DNA of 64,000 bases from Octopus vulgaris (GCA_951406725.2 OX597815.1:175646001-175710000); one strand, 5' to 3'. Shown: positions 1-12,588, counted from the stretch's first letter. The notes: generated by a model from the letters alone, not told the origin. Made by a program: numbers and translations.

Positions 1-57
1 AAATGATTTTAAATAGCAAGAATAATACCATCTGTTTTTATAATCATTAAAAACAAA

Positions 58-258
58 TCAAAACATCAAGTTAGAACTCATGCAACGTTCTACTTGATGC
101 AAGTAATATTTTTCATTCAGAAAATCACCTCCGAGGACATTTTCTTCGTTGCTAGCAAAAACATAAATGTAACTAAACGTATAGTTGGGCCTGCTTAATA
201 GAGAGTGAGGGAATTTTATTATAACAAGTTGCGTTGCTTGCAGTTTAGAAACCGGCAT
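58..258 (-). mobile_element. Possible LTR (Gypsy-like) aspartic protease remnant
   Basis: ORF segment FSYIYVFASNEENVLGGDFL resembles the retropepsin C-terminal F.F.V....ILG.DFL motif; no D[ST]G site seen. Confidence 0.25.
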
Positions 259-286
259 TAAATAATCTAAGTTTATTGTAGTAATT

Positions 287-687
287 ACTGGCAGTATCGC
301 CCGGCGTTGCTAGGGTTTGTTTCGACCCTTTAGAATTGGAATTTTTGAAAAGTAAGAATTTTGCATTATGTAGCTTGTTATTGTCTTTAAGTGAACGATT
401 TTCTGATTGAAATACACCGAAAAATGGCGATCAGCAGTGAAAAAATCGTAAAAAATAGGGATTTTCATAGAAAAAAAAGCACCTTTTTGATGTAAATAAT
501 TTCTGGTGTTAACATGGTCCGATTTGAATTTTTTCTTCTACGGAAGGTGGAAGAGCAAGCCTTCTTCTATCATACTCTCAATTTTGGTCAACTTGCGCCG
601 CCGGGTCTCTGAGGAGATAGTGTTAGTTGAAGGCTACCAAACCTGCCATACACACACAGACAACTTTAGATTTATACATATAGAGAT
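287..687 (+). mobile_element. Non-autonomous Helentron/DINE-like (HINE) element
   Basis: Begins ACTGGCAGTATCGCCCGGCGTTGC and ends CATACACACACAGACAACTTTAGATTTATACATATAGAGAT, resembling HINE termini; non-coding. Confidence 0.45.
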
Positions 688-895
688 TAGAATTAGTTTA
701 ATGAAGGTTCTGCTTTGCTTTTCGTAAACCAGTCGTTTCGTATATGAATTCAATAACCTTATCCAATTTTTCGAATGAGAGTAGCATATTAAAAACTGCA
801 AGTTATAGCGATCATCTTCTCTCTCTCTCTCTATCCACACATCCATGCCTGTACATCGTTTCTACTATAGACATAAAATCCGGTATTTGACGGGG

Positions 896-1047
896 TTTAT
901 CGATCCCAGTGTTCAACTGATACTTATTTTATCGACCCTGAAAGAATGGAAGGCAAAGTCGACCTCGGTGAAATTTGAACTCAGATCGTAAGGACGGACG
1001 AAACGCCGCTAAGCATTTTATCTGGCGTGCTAACGATTCTGTTAGCT
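896..1047 (-). mobile_element. SINE family A (tRNA head, Deu/Nin-like core), partial
   Basis: Reverse complement matches the copies at 30834 and 55308 (GAGTTCAAATT B-box; GTCGACTTTGCCTTTCATCCTTTCGGGGTCGATAAA-type core). Confidence 0.85.
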
Positions 1048-1539
1048 GGTGTTTCTTCTAATAGCATAGAATTCCAATCCTTTATTAATTGATTGATTTG
1101 TCAGTTTTGTTTTTGCTAACTATTCAAGGAGTTGATTAGGACTGCTTATTTTTTGGGGTGTCTGGTCTTTATAGATATTTCAATCTAAGTTATATATATA
1201 TATAAATATATTACGGAGATGTACTTGCATAGTAAGTGACCTGTTCTGAGATCGTGTTCTGAAACAAAAACAATTGCAGCATGAAAGGTGTTTATAAGCC
1301 ATTTAAAAACACACAAAATCCGTTTCATTCACTGCAACATTTAAATTTAATTTGCCAAAATAAAATTCAAATAAAATTTAAAATATCATAATATGAATGA
1401 ATAACGAAAATGAAAAAATGGAAATGTGCTGCTTGCCCCAGCATCATTTCCTTTTATCTTGGGAGTCCTTTTAACACATCCGAACCATGTTTTTCTAACA
1501 ATTCCTTGTAACCAATCTTGTCCATTATCTTTTTTAAGT

Positions 1540-1831
1540 GTGGAGGCGCAATGGCCCAGTGGTCAGAGGATCGCGGTTTCGATTCCCAGACCGGGCGTTG
1601 TATGTGTTTATTGAGCGAAAACACCTAAAGCTCCACGAGGCTCCGGCAGAGGGTGTTGGCGACCCCCGTTGTACTCTTTCGCCCCAACTTTCTCTCACTC
1701 TTTCTTCCTGTTTCTTGAGTAACGCTGCAATGGACTGGCGTCCCGTCCAGCTGGGGGAACACATACGCCACAGAAACCGGGAAACCGGACCCATGAGCCT
1801 GGCTAGGCTTGAAAAGGGCGCATAAATAAAA
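1540..1831 (+). mobile_element. SINE family C (tRNA head, V-domain-like core) with TSD
   Basis: TGGCCCAGTGG A-box and TTCGATTCC B-box; GCAATGGACTGGCGTCCCGTCCAG core; TSD ATCTTTTT(T/TC)AAGT at 1527-1539 and 1832-1845; same head at 31632. Confidence 0.8.
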
Positions 1832-2779
1832 ATCTTTTTCTAAGTCAACATCAATTTTCCAATATTTGTATCCTTTTTATATTTCTTTACTTCTTCCATT
1901 TGTTTCTCTGAAAGTGGCACACAAGTGTGCCACTCTACTATATTTGTTTGTCCATCAACGTTCACAAATTTTGCCGTTTTTCCATTCTGTTACCTCACAA
2001 ATAAGTTCCTTGCTCTGTCAATAAACATCCCTAACTAGATTCACGGGGAGGGGAATTTGGAATGTTTTGTTGTGTTTACCTTTCATTATTCTTTTTGGAT
2101 TGTGTAGGAAGGAACTGGGTGGGTTCGGTGTCTGTGGGGTGGGTATGGTTTGGGCTTCCATTTCACAGTTTCCCTTCTTCCCTCGGCCACTGTCCACAGT
2201 TCTTCCTTTTTCTTTTCTTCAACCTTTGTCCCCTCTCCTTTCCAGCTTGGACAGACCAAAATATAATCATTTCTATACAAAGATTAACTAAGAAATTAAA
2301 AGGGTTGACGAGTGAGCTTTTAGTTAATCATGGAAATAATTGCCTATTGGAATATTCCATTTTATATTGATATATTTTTTTATCCGCAAGAGAGCGGTAA
2401 TTTAAGATAAAAGATTTGTATATAAGTATTCATTGGATCTAATCCAGGTCATATTTAAAAAAAATTTAAAATTGCTAAATATTTCTGCTTACAACATACT
2501 AAGACATCTGTAATTTTATTTAATAATATGTTTCTATTTCTATTACTAGCAAATAGTATGCTACTCGATTCCTTTATGCAAAGCCTACAAGATTTTGTAT
2601 GCGTGTTATATGTTGTTGATTCAGTAATCATCGACCTCCTTAAATTATACTCAATCTTAGTCTCTTTCAGGTGGTTAATGTTCGATGCTAAAGTCGTGGA
2701 GTTTTTTTTATATTGGAGTTAATAAATGAATTTTTGCATCCCCTATATCTATTTTAAAAACCAATAGTACTCCCTATAT

Positions 2780-2970
2780 AAATTTTCCTATGTCCCATAG
2801 TACTTACTGTACTAACTTCGCACTACGTTTTCTATTAAACCTCAATATAAAAACTCCACGACATTAGCATCATACATTAACCACCTGAAAGAGACTAACA
2901 TTGAGTATAATTTAAGGTGGTTGATAATTACTGAAGCAACACCATATAACACACACATGAATGTTTAAGA
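2780..2970 (+). mobile_element. Penelope-like GIY-YIG endonuclease C-terminal remnant
   Basis: Translates KNSTTLASYINHLKETNIEYNLRWLIITEATPYN, typical of PLE endonuclease (T.LS.YIW.LK.....W.I...A.PY). Confidence 0.6.
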
Positions 2971-3015
2971 CGAATATCTGAAATTTTTCATCGTATACAA
3001 AATTCTATATATATC

Positions 3016-3760
3016 TTTTATTGTAGTTTCAGCTCAGAGCTGTGGCCATGCTTATGCACCACCGTTTTGCTACACTGTTATTACTGAGAGCCTCCTCTAA
3101 TATGTAGCTACCCTCATTTGCACCTCTTGCCGTGAGGTAGGTTCATCTGGGACTCTCGACAGGAAGAAGTCCACACTTTTAAAAACCCCTACATCTACTT
3201 TGTGCAAGTTCCTTTGGGAGAATATTAAAAAGCTGTGGGCCCTTGAAACGCAGGCTGTTGCAGTAACTGGTCTTGAAGTATGATGGCATTACTGGGATCT
3301 TTGACACTATGCAGTGTCGTCCCGTTCTGGCATTGGCGTAGCTTTCAATGCCAACATGTGGCACAATTCCTTCCAGGATCTTCCAGATATATATTACTGC
3401 ATACCTCTCCCGCCTTCTCTCCAGGGAGTAGAGTCTTAGCTGTTTCAAAGAGACGATCTTCTTTGTGAATCTTCTCTGAATTGCTACAGGGTCCGCTGTT
3501 AATTTCACACTGGTGGGTGACCATAGCTGTAAGCAGTAACCCAGGCGGCCGAGGACGAATGTCCGCCAGAGGACCGTCATGGTTCCCTTATCTCTGGTTC
3601 TGAATGTTCTTAGGATCCATCCAGCCAGTCGTCTGCACTTTGTCGCCATCCTTGTAATGTGCACTTGGAAGGAGGTATCATCACTCATGTCGATACCCAG
3701 GTCCCTCACTGACTTAGGTTCCGGGATTGTAACACCCTGTGGACGCTGGTATATAAAAGT
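3016..3760 (-). mobile_element. CR1-like LINE 3' fragment (RT C-terminus and 3' tail)
   Basis: ORF 3179-3889: RDLGI..., WILRTFRTRD, YCLQLWSP, LYSLERRRERY; 5' truncated; A-rich tail near 3016. Confidence 0.85.
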
Positions 3761-4439
3761 GGTGGTTGTGGTTGATAATAACAATAATAGTGAGACTGAT
3801 GGTGGGGATGAGTCTGGCCTGCGTTTATTAGTTCGCCTGTGTTTGGTGTGTTTGTGGATGACTAAGGAATGACGATGACGGCATTGCATGTTTTAATCAG
3901 CCACAATCGTTTCAACAGTCAGTGGGATTGTTTTACATCAGTCAACATGATGGTTGACGGCATCCTCTTCATTCCCGTTTCCTACATAAATAATAGTAAC
4001 TGAATAATTATTAATTGTAGATATGAAACTAGACTGTACGCAGAAAATGGTTTCATCTTAAAATCTTCTTGAAATATGTTATATTTAAATCACCGTTGCT
4101 GATTTAAATATAACATAGTAAATGAGTACAAATATAGAAATAGTCAAGCGCACAGTAAGGGAAATGTGGCTAAAAAGACCTCGAAGAAATAGTAACGATT
4201 GAAAAGCAATATTAATATCGACCCCACTGCGTTGATTTAATAATCGAGTCCAACAATAAATTATAGAATTGAACTCTGGAATTCTCTTGATATATATTTT
4301 TTCCGATACATAATTATCCAACTTAACGAAACGAATTGTTTGCTCCTTCATTGGACGAGCTCAGTAAAATATAAACCACATCAGCATGGGAAAATAGTAC
4401 ACGTGGTTTTTTTTTTTTTGTTTTCCTGAAAAAAATCTA

Positions 4440-5530
4440 ATCTAGAAAAGATATATATCCGGAAAAGTGGTTTCATAAAACAAATGTCTTGATCAGAAGA
4501 AAGTGATGGCATGTATTTTACTTTGATAATAGGAGCAACAATAAGAAGAACAGGAATTTATACGACCTGAGGACGTGTTAAAATCCACCTCACAATCCAT
4601 TATTTGCAGAGCTTTCAGAAATACTTGATTTGGTGACGAACATTAAATTTTAAAGTGTAAGAAAATACTTTCAAAAGGATCTTTCTCAAACAATTTCCTC
4701 AGCTCTTCGACAAATCCTTTCAGATAAAACAGCCAATTCATGCGCGCTTATCTAGCAAACACAGAATGAACTCATCACGATGGAAGTAAATAGGAATTAA
4801 AACAAAAAAACCCTATTAAAATGTTCAAAACAATATAAACACGTGACGCGGTGAAGAAATAACATCAACGTTTTTCCTCCAATCTCCGCTTTTGATAATT
4901 ACTCTGCAACTAATATTTCCTGAATGTTCAACTCTTATACCTTTCACATAAATATGACATCAACATAGGGAATTGGAATACTGGAAGAAGCAGATGTGCT
5001 TCAAGAGGATACAACCTGGATTTCGATCCTGTCTACTTAAGCGTTATATATTAGTTACTGAAATCCCTGTAAAAGATAGGGCGAAGCCGGCCCTTCCTTT
5101 TAAATTTAATGATCATAATCACGATTCTTTTTTTTCTTCTTTCCCTTTTTAGAAATCTATTAACCTTATCAGTCTCTCTAAGTTGAATTAGAAGATTCTG
5201 GATAAAATTAGAACCGAAAGTGAAAATTTGAATAAATCTGTCTCTGGGATGATTCGAGTTGAGAGATACAAGGATTTACTAAGTTGCAAAATAAGCAGTA
5301 AAATAAGTCTTTTATACTCTGACATTAATTGTTAGTATTCATTCATATCTGCTGTACTCTTGAATAAAAGCGTTCACTTTCAATAGAAAATTTTCTTGTT
5401 TAACAGAGATATAGACATAATTTTAGCAATTAGAAATTAATACATTGATCTTAATCTCATTATTGGACCAGAAAATCCAGATCTGATAATCTCGATATTA
5501 CTGTGGGGTCTTCCGATTTGATAGGAGTAT
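4440..5530 (+). mobile_element. Degenerate Penelope-like RT fragment
   Basis: Frame fragments LDLVTNIKF, SDKTAN, KILDKI, SDINC*YSFISAVLLNKS, DIDIILAIR and WTRKS..LDITVGSSD follow the PLE RT motif order; many stops and frameshifts. Confidence 0.65.
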
Positions 5531-5539
5531 TTCTCGGAG

Positions 5540-5860
5540 ATCGTGCTTAATAGGAAGAATTGTGGGGAGGGGATAAAAGATATGATATAGGGGGTGGTGA
5601 GGAAGAAATGCCATGGTAAGAGTGAGAATCCACAGGTTTATAGGAGACAAATAGGGAGAGGCGTTGGTGTCAACACAGACAGAAACACCCGAGAAGGCGA
5701 TGAGTCTGTTAAAAATGTTGGAGATGAGTTCCAGTACAAAAATTCGGTCTGTATGTTTAATGTCTAGGAAACCGTATTTAACTTCATTTTCTATATTTGG
5801 TTTGCAAGATCCTTGATGTGAATTTGTGTGTTGAAACATATTTTGTTGTGCCTTGGCAGG
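5540..5860 (-). mobile_element. Interspersed repeat, probably PLE-derived
   Basis: CFNTQIHIKDLANQI segment recurs on the + strand near 18860-18930 (CFHTRTHIKNLANQI). Confidence 0.35.
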
Positions 5861-7539
5861 GTCATTGCAATAATAATAATAATAATAATAAACACACGCA
5901 TTGGCTCAATAGCACTTCTTTGTTGCTTGGCGATTGGTTAAATATCAAACGAACTAAGGAGGCATGTCATGGATGACATCACAAACGGCAACGAAAGGAC
6001 TTTGGCAAACAAAAACCATTTGATTGTTTAGCGAACCTCATTAAATAAACGATTGATTATTTAGTTGATTAGATATTTAACCGATTGACTAACAATAAAG
6101 AAGTGATAATGCACCAGTGTATGAGTTTATTATTTTTGCGTAACAACTTTTCCAAGACCCAACAGAAACCATGTTTTAATGTTACTGATGCATTGTTGCA
6201 TAACCTTATCTTCAAAATGTCCGAATCTAGAACAGGGGGTGACAAGTGTTTACTTTATGCCATTTTGATTGAATAGTCTGGTGTTTGCAGACTGACACTG
6301 TAAGTGCATTCGCCGTGCGTTATTGCATTGATAGGTGTAATATTTTTGGATGTTAGAATCAATATGGTTGGTGCCATTTTGTGTAAGATTCTCTGGAGAT
6401 AGTTTTATGTAGTTCTAATGCGTATCTGTTGATAAATATGTAATATTTTATCAAATGTTACGATGGAATAGTAATTCTGAAATACATACACGTCATCCAA
6501 TACAAACACACACATATATATGCATACAGGAGTATATTATATTTAAGCCAGGAAATGTGAGTATTCATATCAGTTATGTTAATCTGTCTACAGGAATACT
6601 ACGAACTCAATAATTTCTTCACATACTCATACGTACGCATACTACACACACACACACACATACACACACAGATGCACGCACAAACAGCTTTATATATGTA
6701 TATTATGTGTATATTTTTTTATAATTTATAATCATTGGCATATCAAATATTTTAAAATATATTTTATGATAAACGAAAAGGGATGTAAAAATATAGCGAA
6801 ATCAAATTCGAATAAAGAAAGCTTGGCATTTGAAAGAATCTAGCAGATTCATTAGAATAACAAGAGAAAAATAAGATTAAGAAAGAGATTCAAATGATTA
6901 TGACAAAAATTAAAGCAGTCGAAATCTGAACGGTAAACGTAAAAATATTCCGTCGATAGATTGTTAAATATTCCCTTCCTTCTCAACTGATAAAATCTTA
7001 TTGAATTAATGTGTAAAAAAGAAAAGTAAAAAAAAATATTTCTTTACTGTTTTTACATTTTCGTTTAAAGTAAAGATTTCAATAAAAATGTCCATTCATT
7101 ATTGAATATTTTGGACTATTATTTTACTCTTTTATATTTATTAAAAGATTCAAATATCTGTGAGACCTGCAAGAATTTTTGCATCTTTTGACATAAAGAT
7201 TTTTTATTGATTTTTAATTTATATTCAGCTTACTTGTGTTGATTCCTTTGTTACTTCAACTCACGACAGGGATATGAAAACTTTCACTTTAATATATTGA
7301 GCCAACGTATAAAAGATGTATTTATTGGTGATGTTTAAATATGGAAGCTCTATAACCTGCGGTGTATGACATGTATAAAGCTAGATAAATGAGTGCGAAT
7401 CAGAAAAGCTGTGATCCAGTTTCGATATCCGTTTATTGCCATTTCTATTCATGTAAATCACTATCGACATAAGGAAATGCATGAAGATCACAATTTGATT
7501 TTAGTTTGAAGTCAGTAGAAATATTTTCTGCTCAATGCA

Positions 7540-7911
7540 CGAGGCCTGAAATTATGGGGAAGGGGGTCAGTCGATTAGATCGACCCCAGTACGCAACTGG
7601 TACTTAATTTATTGACCTGGAAAGGATGAAAGGCAAAGTCGACCTCGGCGGAATTTGAATTCAGAACGTAAAGACAGACGAAATATCTATTTCTTTACTA
7701 CCCACAAGGAGCTAAACACAGAGAGGACAAACAAACGGATTAAGTTGATTATATCGACTCCAGTGCGTAACTGGTACTTATTTAATCGACCCCGAAAGGA
7801 CGAAGGGCAAAGTCGACCTCGGCGGAATTTGAACCCAGAACGTAGCGACAGACGAAATACCACTAAGCATTTCGCACGGCGTGCTAACGATTCTGCCAGC
7901 TCTCCGCCTTA
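7540..7911 (-). mobile_element. SINE family A, dimeric copy
   Basis: Full monomer at about 7690-7911 followed by a 5'-truncated second monomer at about 7540-7689. Confidence 0.9.
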
Positions 7912-8137
7912 GTGGAACCAACGACACGTTAATGACTATTGCTATGATTATAATTCTTGTTAAAATAGGCTTCGTGTTGTCTTTGTATAATGAAGGGAGG
8001 CAGAATGAAACAAAATATATTTCATGCATTGAATTCCTTCATTTACAAATGGCGTGGTACTTTACAGAAACCTATCAGTTGCTTATCCTCAGCACCTCAT
8101 CATTGTCAGTGCTTATAGTTATAATCTGTTAAAAATT

Positions 8138-8280
8138 GGTTTCAAATTTTGGCACAAGGCCAGCAATTTCGGGGAGGGGGATTAAATCGATTACATCACT
8201 CAGCTGGTTCTTATTTTATCGACCCGAAAAGATGAAAGGCAAAGTCAACCTCGGTGGAATTTGAACATAGAACGTAAAGT
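8138..8280 (-). mobile_element. SINE family A, 3' part with alternative tail
   Basis: Core plus tail ...CTGGCCTTGTGCCAAAATTTGAAACC; same tail near 37496, 41540, 62596 and 63193. Confidence 0.8.
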
Positions 8281-8534
8281 TACTGCCACCATCTCTCACC
8301 GCCCCCTATACAGGTTTGTATAACAGACCCAAAAGTGTCACAGTTACCCACGGCGGATCAACTCATCAACCTTCCCCTAAGCTACGTTACTCTATCCAGA
8401 CGTCGATTGGCAAAATGTTTCGTCAGTGGTTTGTTGTATTATAATGTTGTTTATTGAAATAAAAACTGTCAAAATCTTTGTTTTTAATACTCTTTTACTT
8501 AATTCTTTTCTTGAATATATGTCTATATAGGTAC

Positions 8535-8792
8535 AGGCGTGGCTGTGTGGTAAGAAGCTTGCTTCCCAACCACATAGTTACGGGTTCAGTCCCACTGCCT
8601 AGCACCTTGGGCAAGTTGCTCCCTATAGCTTTGTGCCGACCAAAGCCTTGTGAGCCTTGTCTTTGTGTCTGTGTATCCCCTACCACCGCTTGACAACCAG
8701 TGTTGGTGTGTTTACGTCCCCGTAATTAAGCGCTTCGGCAAAACAGACCGACAGAATAAGCACCAGGCTTAAAAACAACAAGTACTGGGGTC
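8535..8792 (+). mobile_element. SINE family B (tRNA head, CORE-like), internally deleted and 3' truncated
   Basis: GGCGTGGCTGTGTGGTAAG...GGTTCAGTCCC...CACCTTGGGCAAGT; matches 36139 and 42976. Confidence 0.85.
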
Positions 8793-8799
8793 GTGTTTC

Positions 8800-9860
8800 G
8801 GGTCTTAACTTGTTACATCTCAAGAGAAACCGTCCAGATAATTTCGAAGCCTGCGGAATAAATGATAATCAGATGGAGCAATGTCCAGTAAATATGGTGG
8901 GTGGGGCATCGTTTCCCATGCAAACTGCTCCAGCCTTTGGAATGTCATCCTCACTGTATATGGCTGAGCATTATCCTGCTGGAAGAACACTTTTCGTCTT
9001 GAAACCGAAGATGGTCGTTTTTCTTCTAACACTGACTTAAGCCACTCAAGCTGCTCATAGTAGATCCATCTCCTTTGTTATTGTTTGGTTTGTGTTTTAA
9101 AATTCAAAGTGGACTAAACCTTTCATATCCCACCAAACAGATAACAACACCTTACGTGGGTGAAAACCTTCTTTAGCCTGGGGTGCTGGTGTTTCTCATT
9201 TCCCTACCCATTATCTTCAGTGCCTGACATTTTTATAGAGAACCCATTTCTTGTCACCAGTCACCATTCGGTTAAAAAAAGGTTCGTTTGTGAGACGTGA
9301 CTGCAAAGAAGAGCACACGTTCAATATCTGTGTGCGATTAGACTCCGAAAGGTTGTGAGGAACCCATTGACCCAATTTGCTGACTTTTCCGATGGCACGC
9401 AGGTGTTGATGAATGGTTGAATGACCAAATCCAAGATTCTCTGCTGGTTTCTCAACAGTTATGATAGGAGTTTCTTCCATCAGGGTTTGCAGGATATCCT
9501 CATCGAACTCTACAGATCTTCCAGAACGAGGCTCACCTTTTAGGCTGTAGTTTCTGGCTCGGAATTTCTGGAATCGCCGTTGTCACTGCCTACGCTTATT
9601 GTCAGATTCCCATATACTGCATTAATATTCCTCACACTTTCCGTTGCGTTGTTGCCTTTATTGAACTTATAAAAAAAAATATATGCCGAATATGCTCCTT
9701 TGTCACTTTCATTTTAGCTTTAAAAAGATTACTGTTAAAATCGAACTCCAATCTTCAAAACTTGCGTTAAGAATAAGTACAAGGTACAATTACTGCCTGC
9801 TTTTATAGCAAGTTGATGCAGGCAGTTTAACCCGTCCATCTCCGATATTTAGTTCAAGCA
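8800..9860 (-). mobile_element. Mariner transposon, decayed and truncated
   Basis: Start MKVTKEHIRH near 9713; WVPHNL, VTGDKKW, QDNAQPY and HPPYLLDIAPSDYHLF motifs across frameshifted ORFs. Confidence 0.9.
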
Positions 9861-9869
9861 ACTGAAAAA

Positions 9870-10690
9870 GCCGCATTGTCGGTAAGTCGAGAGTCATGTG
9901 CTGTAGTAAACCTCCATCTTCTGGGTGATATAGATGACTGCGAGTGGTCAGCAGACCTCCCAGGCTCAATAAAACAACCAGAAATCAGCAAGAAGAGTGG
10001 CTTCAGACCGTATTCTGTATTCCATTCCAGTTCATCAAAGTAATTGATTTTGATTGAACTTGATAGTGCCATTTGGAAGTAAAATAGAAGAAGCACACTT
10101 GTTCAAGACTGAAAAATATAACAGCCTGGTCATCAGCCCGAGGGAAGCTAACCTCCGGATCAAGGGTCTCGCCACGTTTGGTGGACAAATCTGCTTACGA
10201 CCCAATGGAACAACTCTCAGCTTCTGGAAAGAACAGGAACAAAGCCCTAACGGTAATATCAGAGAAAGCAGAGAGGTGTTCTGCTGGATTTGGTCAAGGA
10301 GGAACAAAAACGACCGCCATTCTGTTTGAAGGCAATATTTTTGCATGTTAACGCTCAGGGAAGTAACTCTTAGTGAGTCATTGTGTTAGTGTTGATGTTT
10401 CACCGTTACCATGACAACCAACATTTCTGTGGTGTATGCAGGAGACTTGAAATAAGGACACCTACCTTCCCTTCGTCGACGCAGACCTCTCCAGTCGTAA
10501 TGCACCCTCCCATGTGGCCCGACCCGAACGCTAGAAATAGCAGCTACCTTGACAAAGCGCTCACACGTCCAACTCTGTCGGCTACCCCGATCGAAAAAGG
10601 CCCAATACTCCCCTGCTTGCGTGCGCGTCACTCCTGCCCCATCCTCTTCCGGTCAGCCTCCCAGCTGCTGACGTCATCCCACAATTTCTT
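9870..10690 (-). mobile_element. Highly decayed Tx1/L1-like LINE ORF2 C-terminal remnant
   Basis: GC-richer block with weak similarity to the ORF2 end of the 57810-60620 element. Confidence 0.35.
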
Positions 10691-11520
10691 CTGTAAGTCT
10701 CATTATGCTGCATAAGATAGGTGAGTGTAAATTATGTTTATGAAAACAATTTGAAACAAAAGGTCAGCTTGCACGGCGAACTTCGAATTCTTCGAACATC
10801 TCACGTTTACTAGACATTGTGCTTTACAAGTTGGTCATCTCAATAACTTCGTATTTCGAAATAAAGTTCATCTATTTGTTTATTGACCATTTCTGAAACC
10901 AAAAGCAAACTGTGCCATAATCGATATGAAAGCAGAGCAACTATTAAAAATAAAGACATCTCTTTCCCTGACCTCATTCATCAGCAGAGACAAAAGAGAG
11001 AAGGAAGAAAAGAACGCAGAAGTCATGGGTGAAGTCTGTATTATGTGTGTCTCATTATAAAGAGCAGGGTACCTTCCAGTGCAGAGGAAGTAACGTTCGG
11101 CATCGACAGTTGATTATTTCTAATAAGAATCTATTCCGAACAGAAACTTATTGGTTATACAATATATTTATTTCATTTTAATTAAAACGGAAACATTACA
11201 CGACACAAGAGGGTAGAGTGAAATAAACGAGTTCTCATTTGGAATTCACCGAACTTGAAAGACAAAATATTGATGGCTTTGTTTATTGAGGTTCGTTTTG
11301 GCATTAATAATAACCCAGGAGAGAAATAACATATTACATACCACACTGGAATAACGACATGGCTAGATGTAAACAGTTGAATCATATATATATATATATT
11401 TATGTGTGTGTGTGTGTGTATGTATATATATACATATATACACACACACATCATATCCATACATACATATAAGTATAAATAAGCTGATACATATATGTGT
11501 GTGTGTGTATATGCTACCTA

Positions 11521-11564
<44 letters not shown>

Positions 11565-12259
11565 ATGTCTATGCATTAATGCGCATATCAAATCAATGTT
11601 GTTCTATATTGACTGGCTATACATATTGCTTCCATATACCCACAAGTATAATGCAAGTGCATCTTCCCCCTGCTTGTTTGAGTCAGAGGCTATGGTCATG
11701 CTGGGGCATCACTGTTGGCATACTTGTTAGTTTACTTTGATTCACATATAATCGTTATAGATTTCGGAGGTTCTTTTTTCAGGAACGCATTGAATACTGA
11801 ACTGTGAGCTTTTAAACCCTAAACTTTTATAGTATTGGGTCCTTAGTCTCAATGGGAAGGTGGGAGCATTTGGCACATTTATTACTGTACAGAGACGTTC
11901 AGTTCGGAGCTTGATATACTTTTCAATGCAAAAAGACCTTCCACGTATCACTGGGCCGTTACCAGTGCCGTTACAGTTTCTATTCCAGTAAGCATTGTCC
12001 TGGCAAAAAAATAGCTTTAAAGCATCGTGCTCGGTGTTCTAACGATTCTGTCATTCCATTGCACTGGATTCCTATTTATTTATTAACCCCAAAAGAATGT
12101 AAAACAAATTTGACTTCAGCCGGTTTTGAACTCAAACTGAAGAAATAAATGGAGCAAGCCGTTCGTCAAACATAACCAAACTCTAATAATATGTCAAGCA
12201 TACACGCACGTACGCACGCACGCATGCACGCAAACACACACACACACACACAGAGTTTT

Positions 12260-12588
12260 ATTCATTTGATAAATTTATTTTCTAAAGCAAGATATTTTGT
12301 GTGTGTAAAACGCAGTTGAATTATTTCAGAATAGTTATGTAAAATCCAACGCTTAGAATTAATTAGTTTCTCTCCTCTATATGACATCAAAGTCTTAGAG
12401 ATGGTTTAATTGAAGACATCACATCCAAAAACCCCCCCAAAAACTGGACTGATAATTATACTGTCATATTTCGACTGCTATGAATAGTATTCCTTGTAAA
12501 CTTTGGAATTCACAAAACTTTTTTCTGAAATAATTCAACTGCATTTCACGGATTCAAGTAATTTTATTTCAGAACTTATCAAATGAAT
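12260..12588. mobile_element. Foldback/MITE-like element
   Basis: Inverted arms ATTCATTTGATAA / TTATCAAATGAAT and GCAGTTGAATTATTTCAGAA (12312-12331) / TTCTGAAATAATTCAACTGC (12523-12542). Confidence 0.6.

Noticed and set aside
7234-7356. Minus-strand AG...GTAAGC segment with one in-frame TGA
   Set aside because: Poor polypyrimidine tract and no recognisable peptide; expected by chance
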